A stretch of 64,000 nt of DNA from a phage: the NCBI GenBank assembly GCA_022979955.1, contig GCA_022979955.1_3642.1. One strand, given 5' to 3'. The position numbers were made by a program, and so were the translations under genes. The notes beneath the pieces were generated by a model. That model was not told the origin of the DNA, did not search any database, and saw only the letters and a program-made list of their open reading frames with translations. Positions 9,457 through 19,133 of the stretch are shown piece by piece (within the stretch, counting starts at the first letter, position 1; each line of letters begins with the position of its first letter).

Positions 9457-10640
9457 TGTCAAGAAACGTATTTGAAAGTGGTCAAATCACTGTCCGTGAG
9501 TTGCCAGCTATCATTCAGTTTGCCCAGCGTCATAACCGATCTGTCCTGATTTTAGGACCAATGGGTGTGGGAAAGAGTCAGGTGATGAAGCAGATCGCTG
9601 ATAATATGTTCGGTGAGCGAGATGACAACCTGGTTGACGTGCGGCTGTCAGATAAAGATCCTGCCGACTTATCTGGGCTACCTATCCCTGTAGAAGCGGA
9701 TGGGACTACACGTACAGTGTTTGCAATCCCAGAATTTTGGCCTGCGGATCCTGACTGGAGCGGAATTGTCTTTCTGGATGAGCTCACTCATGCAGATAAC
9801 TACCTGCAAAAGGTTGCAATGCAGATTATGCTCGACCACAAGTGCGGCACCTATGCATTCCCTAAGGGCTCTGTTTTTGTAGCTGCAGGTAACCGTTCTA
9901 CAGATGGTGCTGTTCTTTCGGCGCTCGAAGCCCCTCTGGCTAACCGCTTTATCATTGTAGAAGTTACAAGCAACGCAGAGGTGTTTATTGAGGACTACGC
10001 ATTCCTTAATGGGGTGCACTCCTCTGTAATTGGATATCTGAAAAGAGTTCCATCAGCTATTGATAATTATGAGGCCATGGCTGAGATTAATTGTCCATCT
10101 TTTGCCACACCGCGATCTTGGGTTGCTGCATCTGATATCTTGCACGATTTTGACAGCGGTATTATTTCTGACGCTATGGCCCGTGTTCTTCTGCAAGGTG
10201 CTATTGGTCACACTGCAGCGGTAGAGATCTGGACTTACCACACCAAGAAACGCAACTTACCGGAAATCGGTCGGATTATGGCAGGAGGTTGCAAAGAATA
10301 CGTAGGCCCTAAACAGCCAGACATCTTGTGGATTCTTGGATCTGAAGGTTGTATCGCTATTCGTAATATGATGGAAAATGCAAGTATCTCCGACGAAGAT
10401 CTTGTTAGCTGTGTGGCAAACTTCCTCGATTTCCTTTGGGAAAACTTCAAGGACGAGAACCGAGATTTTGTATTCTCAGTCTTTATGGCGATGATGAAAC
10501 CTAATGCCTTAGGAAATGCCTTGCTTATCGGTAAAGGTCGTGACAAGATTGTTGCTCAGCTGATCAAAGCATACCCAAACCTGATGAAGATTGTAAAAGA
10601 GTTTGGTGAAGAGTTTAGCGCCATTTTGGCTAAAGCTTAA
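9456..10640 (+). CDS. AAA+ ATPase, MoxR/CbbQ-like
   Basis: Walker A GPMGVGKS and Walker B IVFLDELTHAD; size and motif spacing fit MoxR-type ATPases that partner with vWA proteins. Confidence 0.75.
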   Translation: MSRNVFESGQITVRELPAIIQFAQRHNRSVLILGPMGVGKSQVMKQIADNMFGERDDNLVDVRLSDKDPADLSGLPIPVEADGTTRTVFAIPEFWPADPDWSGIVFLDELTHADNYLQKVAMQIMLDHKCGTYAFPKGSVFVAAGNRSTDGAVLSALEAPLANRFIIVEVTSNAEVFIEDYAFLNGVHSSVIGYLKRVPSAIDNYEAMAEINCPSFATPRSWVAASDILHDFDSGIISDAMARVLLQGAIGHTAAVEIWTYHTKKRNLPEIGRIMAGGCKEYVGPKQPDILWILGSEGCIAIRNMMENASISDEDLVSCVANFLDFLWENFKDENRDFVFSVFMAMMKPNALGNALLIGKGRDKIVAQLIKAYPNLMKIVKEFGEEFSAILAKA

Positions 10641-10649
10641 GGAGGTTGT

Positions 10650-11030
10650 ATGGCTAAAGTAGGTAAGCGGGGAAACTACCTGGTGGTATTGACCGAGGAG
10701 CCGGAGAAGGAGTACGAATGCAGCTCCACTTGCGTGATCGATATCCGAGAAAAAGATGTAGATGAAATCTGGTTTAAAATATTGGACGCTTGCGATAGCA
10801 GTGATTATTTCTTCATCTATGTCAACGATAAGGCTGGGTTCTTCCATGACGACGGAGAGTTGCCGTATGAAATCTATGAACTTGTAGAGGCTTGCCATCG
10901 TGGAGATGCGGAGTTGTTTGGCTTACGGCTGAAAAGCGGTAAATTCTTCTATCAAGATGAGTGCATGAATCTTCATAACTTTGTAGAGGGAACTTGCAAC
11001 GATGGAGAGATTTTGGCACACTACGATTAA
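10650..11030 (+). CDS. hypothetical protein
   Basis: 126-aa ORF with GGAGG SD. Confidence 0.45.
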   Translation: MAKVGKRGNYLVVLTEEPEKEYECSSTCVIDIREKDVDEIWFKILDACDSSDYFFIYVNDKAGFFHDDGELPYEIYELVEACHRGDAELFGLRLKSGKFFYQDECMNLHNFVEGTCNDGEILAHYD

Positions 11031-11043
11031 TTTCTAAGACCTC

Positions 11044-11070
11044 CCCCGCTTCGGCGGGGATTTTCTATTT
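11044..11070 (+). terminator. rho-independent terminator
   Basis: CCCCGC-UUCG-GCGGGG hairpin (UUCG tetraloop) followed by ATTTTCTATTT. Confidence 0.6.
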
Positions 11071-11079
11071 GGAGTTATT

Positions 11080-11580
11080 GTGAAAATTAAGATCTTTGCT
11101 ATTATTTTGAGCGCATTTTTATCGCTGCCTGTTGTTGCAGCACCAAAACAAAAAGTATACCATACTTGCAAGCCATCAGATACTAAGGAAAACATTTTGG
11201 CATGTAATATCTACAGGGAAGCTAGAGGGGATGGCACGATGGGTATGCTGGCATCTGGGTTTGCCACATTAAACAGGAAATCTCACCCTAAATACCCAGA
11301 CACTATAAGAAAGATTGTCTACCAACCTAACCAGTTTTCGTGGACAAACCACGGCAAAACTTTTAAGGTGACAGAAAAAGATTCATGGGATCACGCTAAA
11401 AGTCTTGCAAAGATGCTTCTAAAGGTCTATAATAACAACCATGTTGCATACATGGCTATGGACATAACAGGTGGAGCAACACACTACCATACAACCAAAG
11501 TACGACCGAAATGGGCAAAAAAGATGCAGAGGACAGCTCAATTCGGGAGCCATATCTACTACAAGGAGCGCAATAAATGA
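11080..11580 (+). CDS. secreted cell-wall hydrolase, SleB/CwlJ-like
   Basis: GTG start after GGAG; N-terminal signal peptide; NIYREARGD, QPNQFSW and THYH motifs typical of SleB-type hydrolase domain. Confidence 0.7.
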   Translation: MKIKIFAIILSAFLSLPVVAAPKQKVYHTCKPSDTKENILACNIYREARGDGTMGMLASGFATLNRKSHPKYPDTIRKIVYQPNQFSWTNHGKTFKVTEKDSWDHAKSLAKMLLKVYNNNHVAYMAMDITGGATHYHTTKVRPKWAKKMQRTAQFGSHIYYKERNK

Positions 11581-13559
11581 TTGTAAACAGTAATGAAACT
11601 AAAGCAGTGCTAACCGGAAATATGGAGGTCACCAGGGGCTCAATTTCTCTTAACAAAGAGACTTTTGGGCTAATCATTAAAGGGATTTACGAAGATAAGG
11701 TGCTGGCAAGCTGCCGTGAACCAATCTTCAATGCTGTGGACTCTCATGTTGAGTCTGGACGGGGTGATGTGCCGATCATTATTCACTCTCCTACAGACCT
11801 TGAACCATACTTCTTTGTGCAGGACGTTGGATTGGGCATGTCAGAAGAGATGGTCCGCAACACTTTCATGAACCTCGGTGAGTCAACCAAGCGCAACAGC
11901 AACGCTCTGGTTGGCAATAAAGGTGTTGGTTCAAAGGCTCCGTTCAGCATGGTGGACACTTTCGATGTTATCAGTGTGCACAATGGTATTGAAAGCACAT
12001 ATCTATTGTTCTTGGATCAGGGTATCCCAAACGTTACCAAGATCCGCGAGCGGAAGACTGAAGAGCACAACGGGGTAAAAGTTCAGTTCCATGTTAAGAA
12101 AGAGCATGTTCTGAAATATCGCACTGCTATTGCGTCATGCCTACGCTATGCAAAGTTTCCGTTTACCGTTACCGACCCTATGACCAGTAAGATGCTGGAA
12201 GGTGACAAGGTTGAGGCGCAGTATCGCTACGAGAAAGATGGTTGGAAAATGACTATCCTGAAAGGTTATACCAGCTCTGATGAGAGCCGTGTGGTGATGG
12301 GACACCAACCTTACCGCTCTAAGTTTCTGGAAACATTGACAGACTACCCTGCAATCTGTGTAGAGATCCCTATCGGGGATTGCAATATTAACCCTGGGCG
12401 CGAATGGACCATAGAGGGGCACGACGATGGTGGATTCCAGGATCGCCTGGAGGCCTTTGTCAAAGAAGGTATACGTCTTCGTGGGGCAGAAGTTGTTGCA
12501 GAACTGGAGACGGCAAAAACCTCCGCAGAAGCACGTGAAATGATGAAGAATAGTGGGGTGTTCGGACACATCTTCGGCAAAAACTTTATGTGGAACCGTT
12601 GGGAAGAAACAGGACTTGGAGACTTAGGCGATTGTGAAATTTTCGCTGGCGGCTTAAATAAAGGCCGCATAGGCTATGCTCGTTATGGAAAGTCAGAGTT
12701 CTTACGGGGAGTCTATTTAGTATTTAACGACGGAGACGGCAAATATAACCGAAATAAGTGTAACTACTTAAGCGAGATCACCGGACGCAACGTTTTCTAT
12801 TGCCGTAACACGGATCTGGTGGAAGAGTTTAAAGAAGCGGCACACCACCCGTTCTTTGCAGATACAGTCAAATTGTTATCAGAGCTCCCTCGCCGACCTG
12901 TCAAGAAAGGTGAAACAAAAACTCGTTATGAGCCAGGCTATTGGGTTAAAAAACTTGAGAAGGATGGTTACTTCCGCCGTGAGCGTATTACTAAGGCAGA
13001 GTTCCGGAAGATTAAACACTGCATCCCTTATGAGGGTGATATCCAACGTGGAAGTTGTTGGCTGGGGCAGATGAGTAACATCTACCAGCAAGATTATGAC
13101 CGTGTACGTGCGGCACTTCAGATTCCTGAAGGTGAAGATCTGTATCTGGTATCTGAATCTCGTCTGCTTTGGACTGATCCTGATTGCCAGTATGTTACAG
13201 AGAAGAATGTGGAGCACCTGTTGAAAGAGGATGCTTGGAAATTCTTACTGACCCGTGCAGCAAATGAGACTTCTTATGACAGCCTGTATAGACAATTAGG
13301 GAAAATTATTCCCATGCAAGATTTTGGAAATTATCGGCCACATTTCCACAAGTGGGAAGGTAACACCACGTGGAAGCACAGTGAGCTAAATCATCGTGCC
13401 AAAATCTTAATCGCCAACCGAGTTAAATGCGGGAAGGCCTATATTGCAAGATTGGAAAAGAAATACCCACTTTTGAAGCATGTAGGCTTGAAATATTGGG
13501 ACACTCCTGCTATGATTGAATACCGTGAACTGATCGATACAAAGAATAACATCAAATAA
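11577..13559 (+). CDS. rIIA: rIIA-like protein with GHKL-type ATPase domain
   Basis: Bergerat-fold motifs: N-box REPIFNAVDS, G1 VQDVGLGMS, G2 GNKGVGSKAPFS, resembling the T4 rIIA N-terminal domain as recalled; followed by rIIB-like gene. Confidence 0.65.
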   Translation: MIVNSNETKAVLTGNMEVTRGSISLNKETFGLIIKGIYEDKVLASCREPIFNAVDSHVESGRGDVPIIIHSPTDLEPYFFVQDVGLGMSEEMVRNTFMNLGESTKRNSNALVGNKGVGSKAPFSMVDTFDVISVHNGIESTYLLFLDQGIPNVTKIRERKTEEHNGVKVQFHVKKEHVLKYRTAIASCLRYAKFPFTVTDPMTSKMLEGDKVEAQYRYEKDGWKMTILKGYTSSDESRVVMGHQPYRSKFLETLTDYPAICVEIPIGDCNINPGREWTIEGHDDGGFQDRLEAFVKEGIRLRGAEVVAELETAKTSAEAREMMKNSGVFGHIFGKNFMWNRWEETGLGDLGDCEIFAGGLNKGRIGYARYGKSEFLRGVYLVFNDGDGKYNRNKCNYLSEITGRNVFYCRNTDLVEEFKEAAHHPFFADTVKLLSELPRRPVKKGETKTRYEPGYWVKKLEKDGYFRRERITKAEFRKIKHCIPYEGDIQRGSCWLGQMSNIYQQDYDRVRAALQIPEGEDLYLVSESRLLWTDPDCQYVTEKNVEHLLKEDAWKFLLTRAANETSYDSLYRQLGKIIPMQDFGNYRPHFHKWEGNTTWKHSELNHRAKILIANRVKCGKAYIARLEKKYPLLKHVGLKYWDTPAMIEYRELIDTKNNIK

Positions 13560-13569
13560 GGAGACCAAG

Positions 13570-14775
13570 ATGATTTTCATCTACGAACATTTCAAAACTC
13601 GTAAAGAAGCACGCGACCGCCGTGCAGAACTTGAGAAGAAAGGTTTCACATGTGCCATTGAGAAAGGTGACACAACCTGGACACTGGCAGTGGGTGCCCC
13701 AGAATTGTTCGATCCTGACCGTGACAGCGTCTGCTACACCCGTGAGGATTTTGAAACCCGTGAAGAGGCCCGTCTATTTCGATATGGGCTGGAAGATAAC
13801 GGTAAGTACGCCATGATCTTAGACTTAGGCGAAGGTTCCGTTAAACGTTGGGGCGTGATATACCCACTGTGTGTTGTTCACGGTGTGGGGTTTACTGGGG
13901 TAGCAATCAAGTCAGAAGAACCTTTAGTAGAAGTCAAAGATCCGGTGCTGGAAGTGGTGAGCAGTGTGTCTCAGCAACAGACTCGAAGCATCGAGCCTTT
14001 GGTAGTTATTTGCGGGGAACTCCTCCAGATCACCTGCAACGAAGGAATTTTTGAAATTCGCCGCAGCGAAAGTGAGGAAGTTTACCAGAAAGTCTTCGAC
14101 CATATCTCTGTTCAGGAATATGATGAGGCAATTGGTGAAATCCTTGTCTGGCTGGAACGCAAGAATGAGTTCACCACACTTGCAGACAACCTGATCATGA
14201 AAGATGGTAAGCTCTACTACTACGGTGTAGAGATGCGATCCACCATTGCAAAGAAAATTGAGAAAGATTATGCAGACGGAACGCTGGATGACCGCTATGT
14301 GAAATTCCTCGTTCGCCTGCTACGCAATCCTTCTGCAAAATCTGTAAACATGCTCTACGATTTTATGCAGGCCAATGATATTCAGATTGCAGAAGATGGT
14401 CGAATCATTTGCTACAAAGGGGTTCAGTTTAACGGCAGCAAGTGGGTGGATTGGCACAGTGGTAAAGTTCCACAATACCAGGGTGCTTTTGTATCCATGC
14501 CTCGTAACTTTGTAGAGGATGATCCGGAAGCTGCGTGCTCCTATGGCTTACACTGCGCCAGCAAAGAGTATGCAAAGAGCTACGGCACTGTAATGACTGT
14601 TATGGTTGATCCTGCAGATGTGGTTAGTGTGCCATACCAACACAATAGCGCTAAGTGCCGTGCATGCCGCTATGAGATTGTGGTAGCTCCGGAAGCACGC
14701 AAGGACGGAGACCCGATTGAATACGTGGTTGACCGAGACGGTAACACTATCGACATTCTTTACGAGGAGGCGTAA
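13570..14775 (+). CDS. rIIB: rIIB-like protein
   Basis: C-terminal region (GLHCASK, DVVSVP, AKCRACRYEIV) resembles T4 rIIB as recalled; adjacent to rIIA-like gene. Confidence 0.55.
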   Translation: MIFIYEHFKTRKEARDRRAELEKKGFTCAIEKGDTTWTLAVGAPELFDPDRDSVCYTREDFETREEARLFRYGLEDNGKYAMILDLGEGSVKRWGVIYPLCVVHGVGFTGVAIKSEEPLVEVKDPVLEVVSSVSQQQTRSIEPLVVICGELLQITCNEGIFEIRRSESEEVYQKVFDHISVQEYDEAIGEILVWLERKNEFTTLADNLIMKDGKLYYYGVEMRSTIAKKIEKDYADGTLDDRYVKFLVRLLRNPSAKSVNMLYDFMQANDIQIAEDGRIICYKGVQFNGSKWVDWHSGKVPQYQGAFVSMPRNFVEDDPEAACSYGLHCASKEYAKSYGTVMTVMVDPADVVSVPYQHNSAKCRACRYEIVVAPEARKDGDPIEYVVDRDGNTIDILYEEA

Positions 14776-16145
14776 TGGAAAAAGGGCAGTATGATGTAGG
14801 CACAGATGCTGCCCTTGTTGCAATCATGAGTGGGGAGAATGTCTTCGTTTCAGGACCCGCAGGTTGTGGGAAGACGTACCTCATCAACATGATCCAGTCA
14901 ATGTATGGAGACTCTTGCATAACGGTTGCCCCGACAGGGGTAGCCGCTTTAAACGTTAATGGAGCAACAGCACACCGAACCTTCGATCTTGCAGCAGGTG
15001 TGAGCATGGAGTCTGACTGGACTGCAATAAGGGCAAAAACAGCAAAGCCTTTGAAAAGCAAGGCATTTACCATCCTAATTATCGATGAAATCTCTATGAT
15101 CCGTGCTGATAAGTTTATAGAGATGGATAGGAAACTCCGCTTCCTTCGAAAAAATGACAAACCTTTCGGAGGCATACAGGTCATATTGTTTGGCGATTTT
15201 TACCAGGCACCTCCTGTTGTCTCTTCTATGGAGAAGGAGGCCTACTTCAACTTCTACCACACAGACCTGTGTTGCTATACCGAATCTTGGAAAGAGCTGG
15301 ACCTTCACAACATAGCCCTAATAGACCAGTTCCGACAGGAGTCTATTCGATTTGCCACAATGCTCAACTGTGTTCGTGAGGGTCGTCGCATAAAAGAGGT
15401 TGTAGCAGAACTTAATGCTCGCTGTTACAAAGGCGGTGTACCAACAGACGCTCTCACAATTTGCGCCACCAACAAACAAGCAGAGGAAGTGAACAGAAGG
15501 TTCTATGATGCCATCAACGCCCCAGAGAAGGTATACACTGGTGAAATGAAGGGTAAGTTTCCCTCCACCCTGCCAGTTGAGCAGGAGATGAAGTTGAAAA
15601 TTGGCATGAAAGTTATGATAACCGCCAACGATGTTGACCCGACGCACAAAGTACCTTATTATGTTAACGGAACACGTGCCACAATTGTTAAATTTAAGAA
15701 CAAGGCGGTGGTGGTAGAGCTTGAAGATGGAACACAGGTTGACATAGAGCAGAGGTTGTGGGAAAATAACGAGTATAAGCCATCTCAGAGATACAACATT
15801 GCAGAAAGGAAGATGGAGAAGTTTATAGAGAGGGTAGTGATTGGGTCATACAGGCAACTTCCTCTGAAATCTGGGTATGCCGTAACATCTCATAAAAGTC
15901 AAGGACTTACGCTAGATTGTTACAACCTGGACCTTGGAAAGAACGGAGCTTTCTCTCCTGGGATGACGTATGTTGCTTTGAGTCGGGTTAAGACAATACA
16001 AGGAATAAACTTGTTGCGTCCACTAAGAGAAGTTGACATTATTGTTGACCCGCGAGTCGTAGAGTTTTACAATACAACATTCCCTGACTTAGACAAAATT
16101 GTCAGGAAAGATTTTGAAACCAGAGCCGAAGAGGGGGACGTATGA
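14775..16145 (+). CDS. dda: Dda/PIF1/RecD-like 5'-3' DNA helicase
   Basis: Walker A SGPAGCGKT, Walker B IIDEISM, GDFYQAPPV motif, TSHKSQGLT motif near C-terminus. Confidence 0.8.
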   Translation: MEKGQYDVGTDAALVAIMSGENVFVSGPAGCGKTYLINMIQSMYGDSCITVAPTGVAALNVNGATAHRTFDLAAGVSMESDWTAIRAKTAKPLKSKAFTILIIDEISMIRADKFIEMDRKLRFLRKNDKPFGGIQVILFGDFYQAPPVVSSMEKEAYFNFYHTDLCCYTESWKELDLHNIALIDQFRQESIRFATMLNCVREGRRIKEVVAELNARCYKGGVPTDALTICATNKQAEEVNRRFYDAINAPEKVYTGEMKGKFPSTLPVEQEMKLKIGMKVMITANDVDPTHKVPYYVNGTRATIVKFKNKAVVVELEDGTQVDIEQRLWENNEYKPSQRYNIAERKMEKFIERVVIGSYRQLPLKSGYAVTSHKSQGLTLDCYNLDLGKNGAFSPGMTYVALSRVKTIQGINLLRPLREVDIIVDPRVVEFYNTTFPDLDKIVRKDFETRAEEGDV

Positions 16146-16483
16146 GTTTGTGGAGAAATATAGTTAACTACGTGTGTGGCAATCCAACTCCTGAAGGGAA
16201 GGATGTTGTGATTCACGATTTTACTAAAAGATCTCGTGAAAAAGATCTACTGCTAACAAAGGTGACTGATAAAGATCCTGTAGTAGGGGACTGGGCAGGT
16301 TTTGCGTTTACATCGGACAAATACACCTTTAACAAAGGTGACTACCTTGTTGTGGATTTTAACGAAGACATTGAGGGTGCTGAACCTTACTATCAAACCC
16401 TTATTGTTGCAGGGTGTGTTAATCTCTCTGCAGGCATGCACAGTTTGATTCTTTTTGAGCTTGACTCTGAAGACCTTGAGTAG
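16142..16483 (+). CDS. hypothetical protein
   Basis: 113-aa ORF overlapping helicase stop. Confidence 0.4.
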   Translation: MSLWRNIVNYVCGNPTPEGKDVVIHDFTKRSREKDLLLTKVTDKDPVVGDWAGFAFTSDKYTFNKGDYLVVDFNEDIEGAEPYYQTLIVAGCVNLSAGMHSLILFELDSEDLE

Positions 16484-16489
16484 TAAGAT
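16461..16489 (+). promoter_or_regulatory. sigma70-like promoter
   Basis: TTGACT-17-TAAGAT, followed by leader hairpin GGGGAGG-CACT-CCTCCCC and AAGGAG before the methyltransferase ATG. Confidence 0.5.
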
Positions 16490-16544
16490 GTGAGTATAAA
16501 GGGGAGGCACTCCTCCCCACAAAAACTAAGGAGAGCACCAAACG

Positions 16545-17870
16545 ATGAGTAAAACCAAATTAGAACTTACCTGGATAGGTAAAAACGAGCGCAAAAAGTT
16601 AGAGCCGCACATTTTGTTAGAAGATTCTAGCAAATCTTACCACAGCCAGAAAGTGACCGAAAACGATATTTTTGATAATAAACTGATTTTTGGAGATAAC
16701 TTATTAGCATTGAAGGCGCTAGAGCAAGAGTATGCAGGCAAAGTGAAGTGTGTTTACATAGACCCACCATTCAATACTGGAAGGGCTTTTGAGCACTACG
16801 ATGATAGCCTGGAGCATTCCATTTGGCTGGGCTTAATGAGGGATAGGTTAGAAATAATTCGTAATCTTCTAAGTGATGATGGGGTAATATTCGTTCACTT
16901 AGATGATTGCGAAATGGCGTATTTAAAAGTTTTGATGGACGAGATTTTTGGTCGTGCAAATCAGTTAAATACCATATCGATGACCACAAATTCCCCTTCG
17001 GGATTTAAGGCAACAGGAGCCACAGTTTTCTCCACAGCAAACTTTTTGCTTGTATATGCAAAAGATCGCACCCAGAAGCCGCTTAACAAAATCTATATAC
17101 CTAAAGGGTATGATACAGGATATAACAAATACCTATTAAACCCGGATGACCATTATAAAAATTGGACGTGGTGCGGTATTGCCGATGCGTTTGCAAAGGC
17201 CAATGGCTATAAAGATGCAAAAGAAGCCAAGAAAAAACTGCCTGATACATTCGATGATGAATTAGCACAATTCGCAATTGATAATGCAGAACGTGTATTT
17301 CAATCTGTTGCAATTGGCGGTGGTGCTAAAATAAAGAGAAAAGAAACTATCGAGAAGTCAAAGAAAGATAGGGATAGGGTTTATGTACATCCAAATGAAG
17401 ATGTTGAAGGATTTTATATCGCAAATGGTAGGCAGATGGTCTTTTACTCCAACAGGCTTTTGGAAATTGACGGTGAGATGCAACCTGCGGAACTAATAAC
17501 TGATGTTTGGACAGACATTAGTTGGAATGGAATAGCAAATGAAGGCGGCGTTAGTTTCAAAAATGGGAAAAAACCAGAAGCGCTTTTGAAGCGGATTTTC
17601 GAAATGTGTACGCGAGAAGGCGATTTGGTATTGGATTCATTCGGTGGTTCGGGAACTACTGCTGCTGTAGCTCACAAGATGAAAAGACGTTGGATCTCAA
17701 TCGAGCTAGGTGATCATTGTCATACTCATATTATTCCGCGCTTGGAAAAAGTGATCGATGGTGAAGATCAAGGTGGTATTTCTAAGTATGTAAACTGGCA
17801 AGGTGGTGGTGGCTTCCGTTATTACAAACTTACTCCGACCTTAATTACGAAAGATAAGTCTGATCAATAA
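16545..17870 (+). CDS. DNA methyltransferase, beta-class (Type III Mod-like; N6-adenine or N4-cytosine)
   Basis: Motif IV DPPF (YIDPPFN) precedes SAM motif I FxGxG (DSFGGSGTT); N-terminal LTWIGK as in Mod subunits; no adjacent Res-like gene. Confidence 0.75.
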   Translation: MSKTKLELTWIGKNERKKLEPHILLEDSSKSYHSQKVTENDIFDNKLIFGDNLLALKALEQEYAGKVKCVYIDPPFNTGRAFEHYDDSLEHSIWLGLMRDRLEIIRNLLSDDGVIFVHLDDCEMAYLKVLMDEIFGRANQLNTISMTTNSPSGFKATGATVFSTANFLLVYAKDRTQKPLNKIYIPKGYDTGYNKYLLNPDDHYKNWTWCGIADAFAKANGYKDAKEAKKKLPDTFDDELAQFAIDNAERVFQSVAIGGGAKIKRKETIEKSKKDRDRVYVHPNEDVEGFYIANGRQMVFYSNRLLEIDGEMQPAELITDVWTDISWNGIANEGGVSFKNGKKPEALLKRIFEMCTREGDLVLDSFGGSGTTAAVAHKMKRRWISIELGDHCHTHIIPRLEKVIDGEDQGGISKYVNWQGGGGFRYYKLTPTLITKDKSDQ

Positions 17871-17883
17871 AGAGTACAATCAA

Positions 17884-18189
17884 ATGATGAAATGTTATAA
17901 ACCATACACTTTTGAAATCGATTTCGAACTTGACGATATGTTCACTGTGGAAGCTCAGGCAGTTGTCCAGTTGCCAGACCCAGAGTGCCGTGATTCTGAT
18001 GTTGACTATTACGGATTTAGACAAATTACCGATGTGCATGTTTACCACAACGGTGAAGAGGTGGACTTCCACAAACTGCCAAACGATATGCGCCACTCAA
18101 TTTACAAACGTGCAGCCCGTGAACTAGAGTCATATCTGGATGCAGCGACGACAGCAGCTGCATTTGCTGAAGAAGTGGGAGGTTTCTGA
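17884..18189 (+). CDS. hypothetical protein
   Basis: 101-aa acidic ORF. Confidence 0.4.
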   Translation: MMKCYKPYTFEIDFELDDMFTVEAQAVVQLPDPECRDSDVDYYGFRQITDVHVYHNGEEVDFHKLPNDMRHSIYKRAARELESYLDAATTAAAFAEEVGGF

Positions 18190-18587
18190 TGATTACAGGT
18201 GTGAAGGTTATCCAATACCACTTAACCAAATTGGAAGATGCTGAAAAAGAGCTTGCAGAAGTTCTGAATAGTGGATATACTTTGCTATCATGCGCCTGCT
18301 CAGACACCTACGTTGTGTGGACACTTATCCGGAAGGAAGAGCCTGCAGGGATCTTGGTGCCAAACCCTAAGATTATTAGTGAGGTGGATGACTATCCCCA
18401 GGACGGCCTGCCAGAAGGCTGGGAAGTATGGGAAGGTGGTGAAAACCCTGCACCAGGTAAGTGGGTAAAATATAAACTACGTAGTGGTGCACAGTACGCT
18501 GACTACTCTGATGACCTAGACTGGAGTCATTCTTCACCAGGATCGTCTGCAAGTTCATATGATATCGTTGCTTTTCAGGAAGAATAA
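18189..18587 (+). CDS. hypothetical protein
   Basis: 132-aa ORF, ATGA-type overlap with upstream gene. Confidence 0.45.
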   Translation: MITGVKVIQYHLTKLEDAEKELAEVLNSGYTLLSCACSDTYVVWTLIRKEEPAGILVPNPKIISEVDDYPQDGLPEGWEVWEGGENPAPGKWVKYKLRSGAQYADYSDDLDWSHSSPGSSASSYDIVAFQEE

Positions 18588-18599
18588 GGAGATAGTGTT

Positions 18600-19082
18600 A
18601 TGTCAGATTTTATGTGGAAAGTAGGTTACGCAGCTCCTGAAATGTGTGAGGCTTGCTTTGTGAAAATAGGTCGCGAGGATATCGACAAAGTGATCCTTAA
18701 GTTTCGTGATGTGGCTGTGATCGGCAACCGAGTGCTTAAGCACTTAAAGAATCTGAAGCTCACCAAAAAGAAATTCTTCGGGCTTTTCGAAGAGAAAGTT
18801 GATGCTTGGACCCATTGCATTCAGGAAGCTAAATCTCACTACAGTGCTATCGTTACCCCAGAACGGGTAGCCAAGATGGAAGGACTCATCAACAGCACAG
18901 AGTTCGAGTGTCTGAAAGCTGCACTCGATAGTTATCCGAAATGCCTCAAGCACTTGGACAAGTATGTAGAAAAGGATGGGGAAATGTATCTCACCCTGGA
19001 CGCATATTATGAGATGCAAGAAATTTTAAATTTAGATTTGACATTGGTATCCACCGAGTATACAATAGGTATCCGGGTTTAA
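18600..19082 (+). CDS. hypothetical protein
   Basis: 160-aa ORF with GGAG SD. Confidence 0.45.
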   Translation: MSDFMWKVGYAAPEMCEACFVKIGREDIDKVILKFRDVAVIGNRVLKHLKNLKLTKKKFFGLFEEKVDAWTHCIQEAKSHYSAIVTPERVAKMEGLINSTEFECLKAALDSYPKCLKHLDKYVEKDGEMYLTLDAYYEMQEILNLDLTLVSTEYTIGIRV

Positions 19083-19089
19083 CACTAGG

Positions 19090-19116
19090 CCCTGCCCGAA
19101 AGGGTGGGGCTTTTTG
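19090..19116 (+). terminator. rho-independent terminator (repeated motif)
   Basis: CCCTGCCC-GAAA-GGGTGGGG hairpin (two G-U wobbles) followed by CTTTTTG; same hairpin recurs at 30172. Confidence 0.6.
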
Positions 19117-19133
19117 CATTAGGAGACAGCAAA

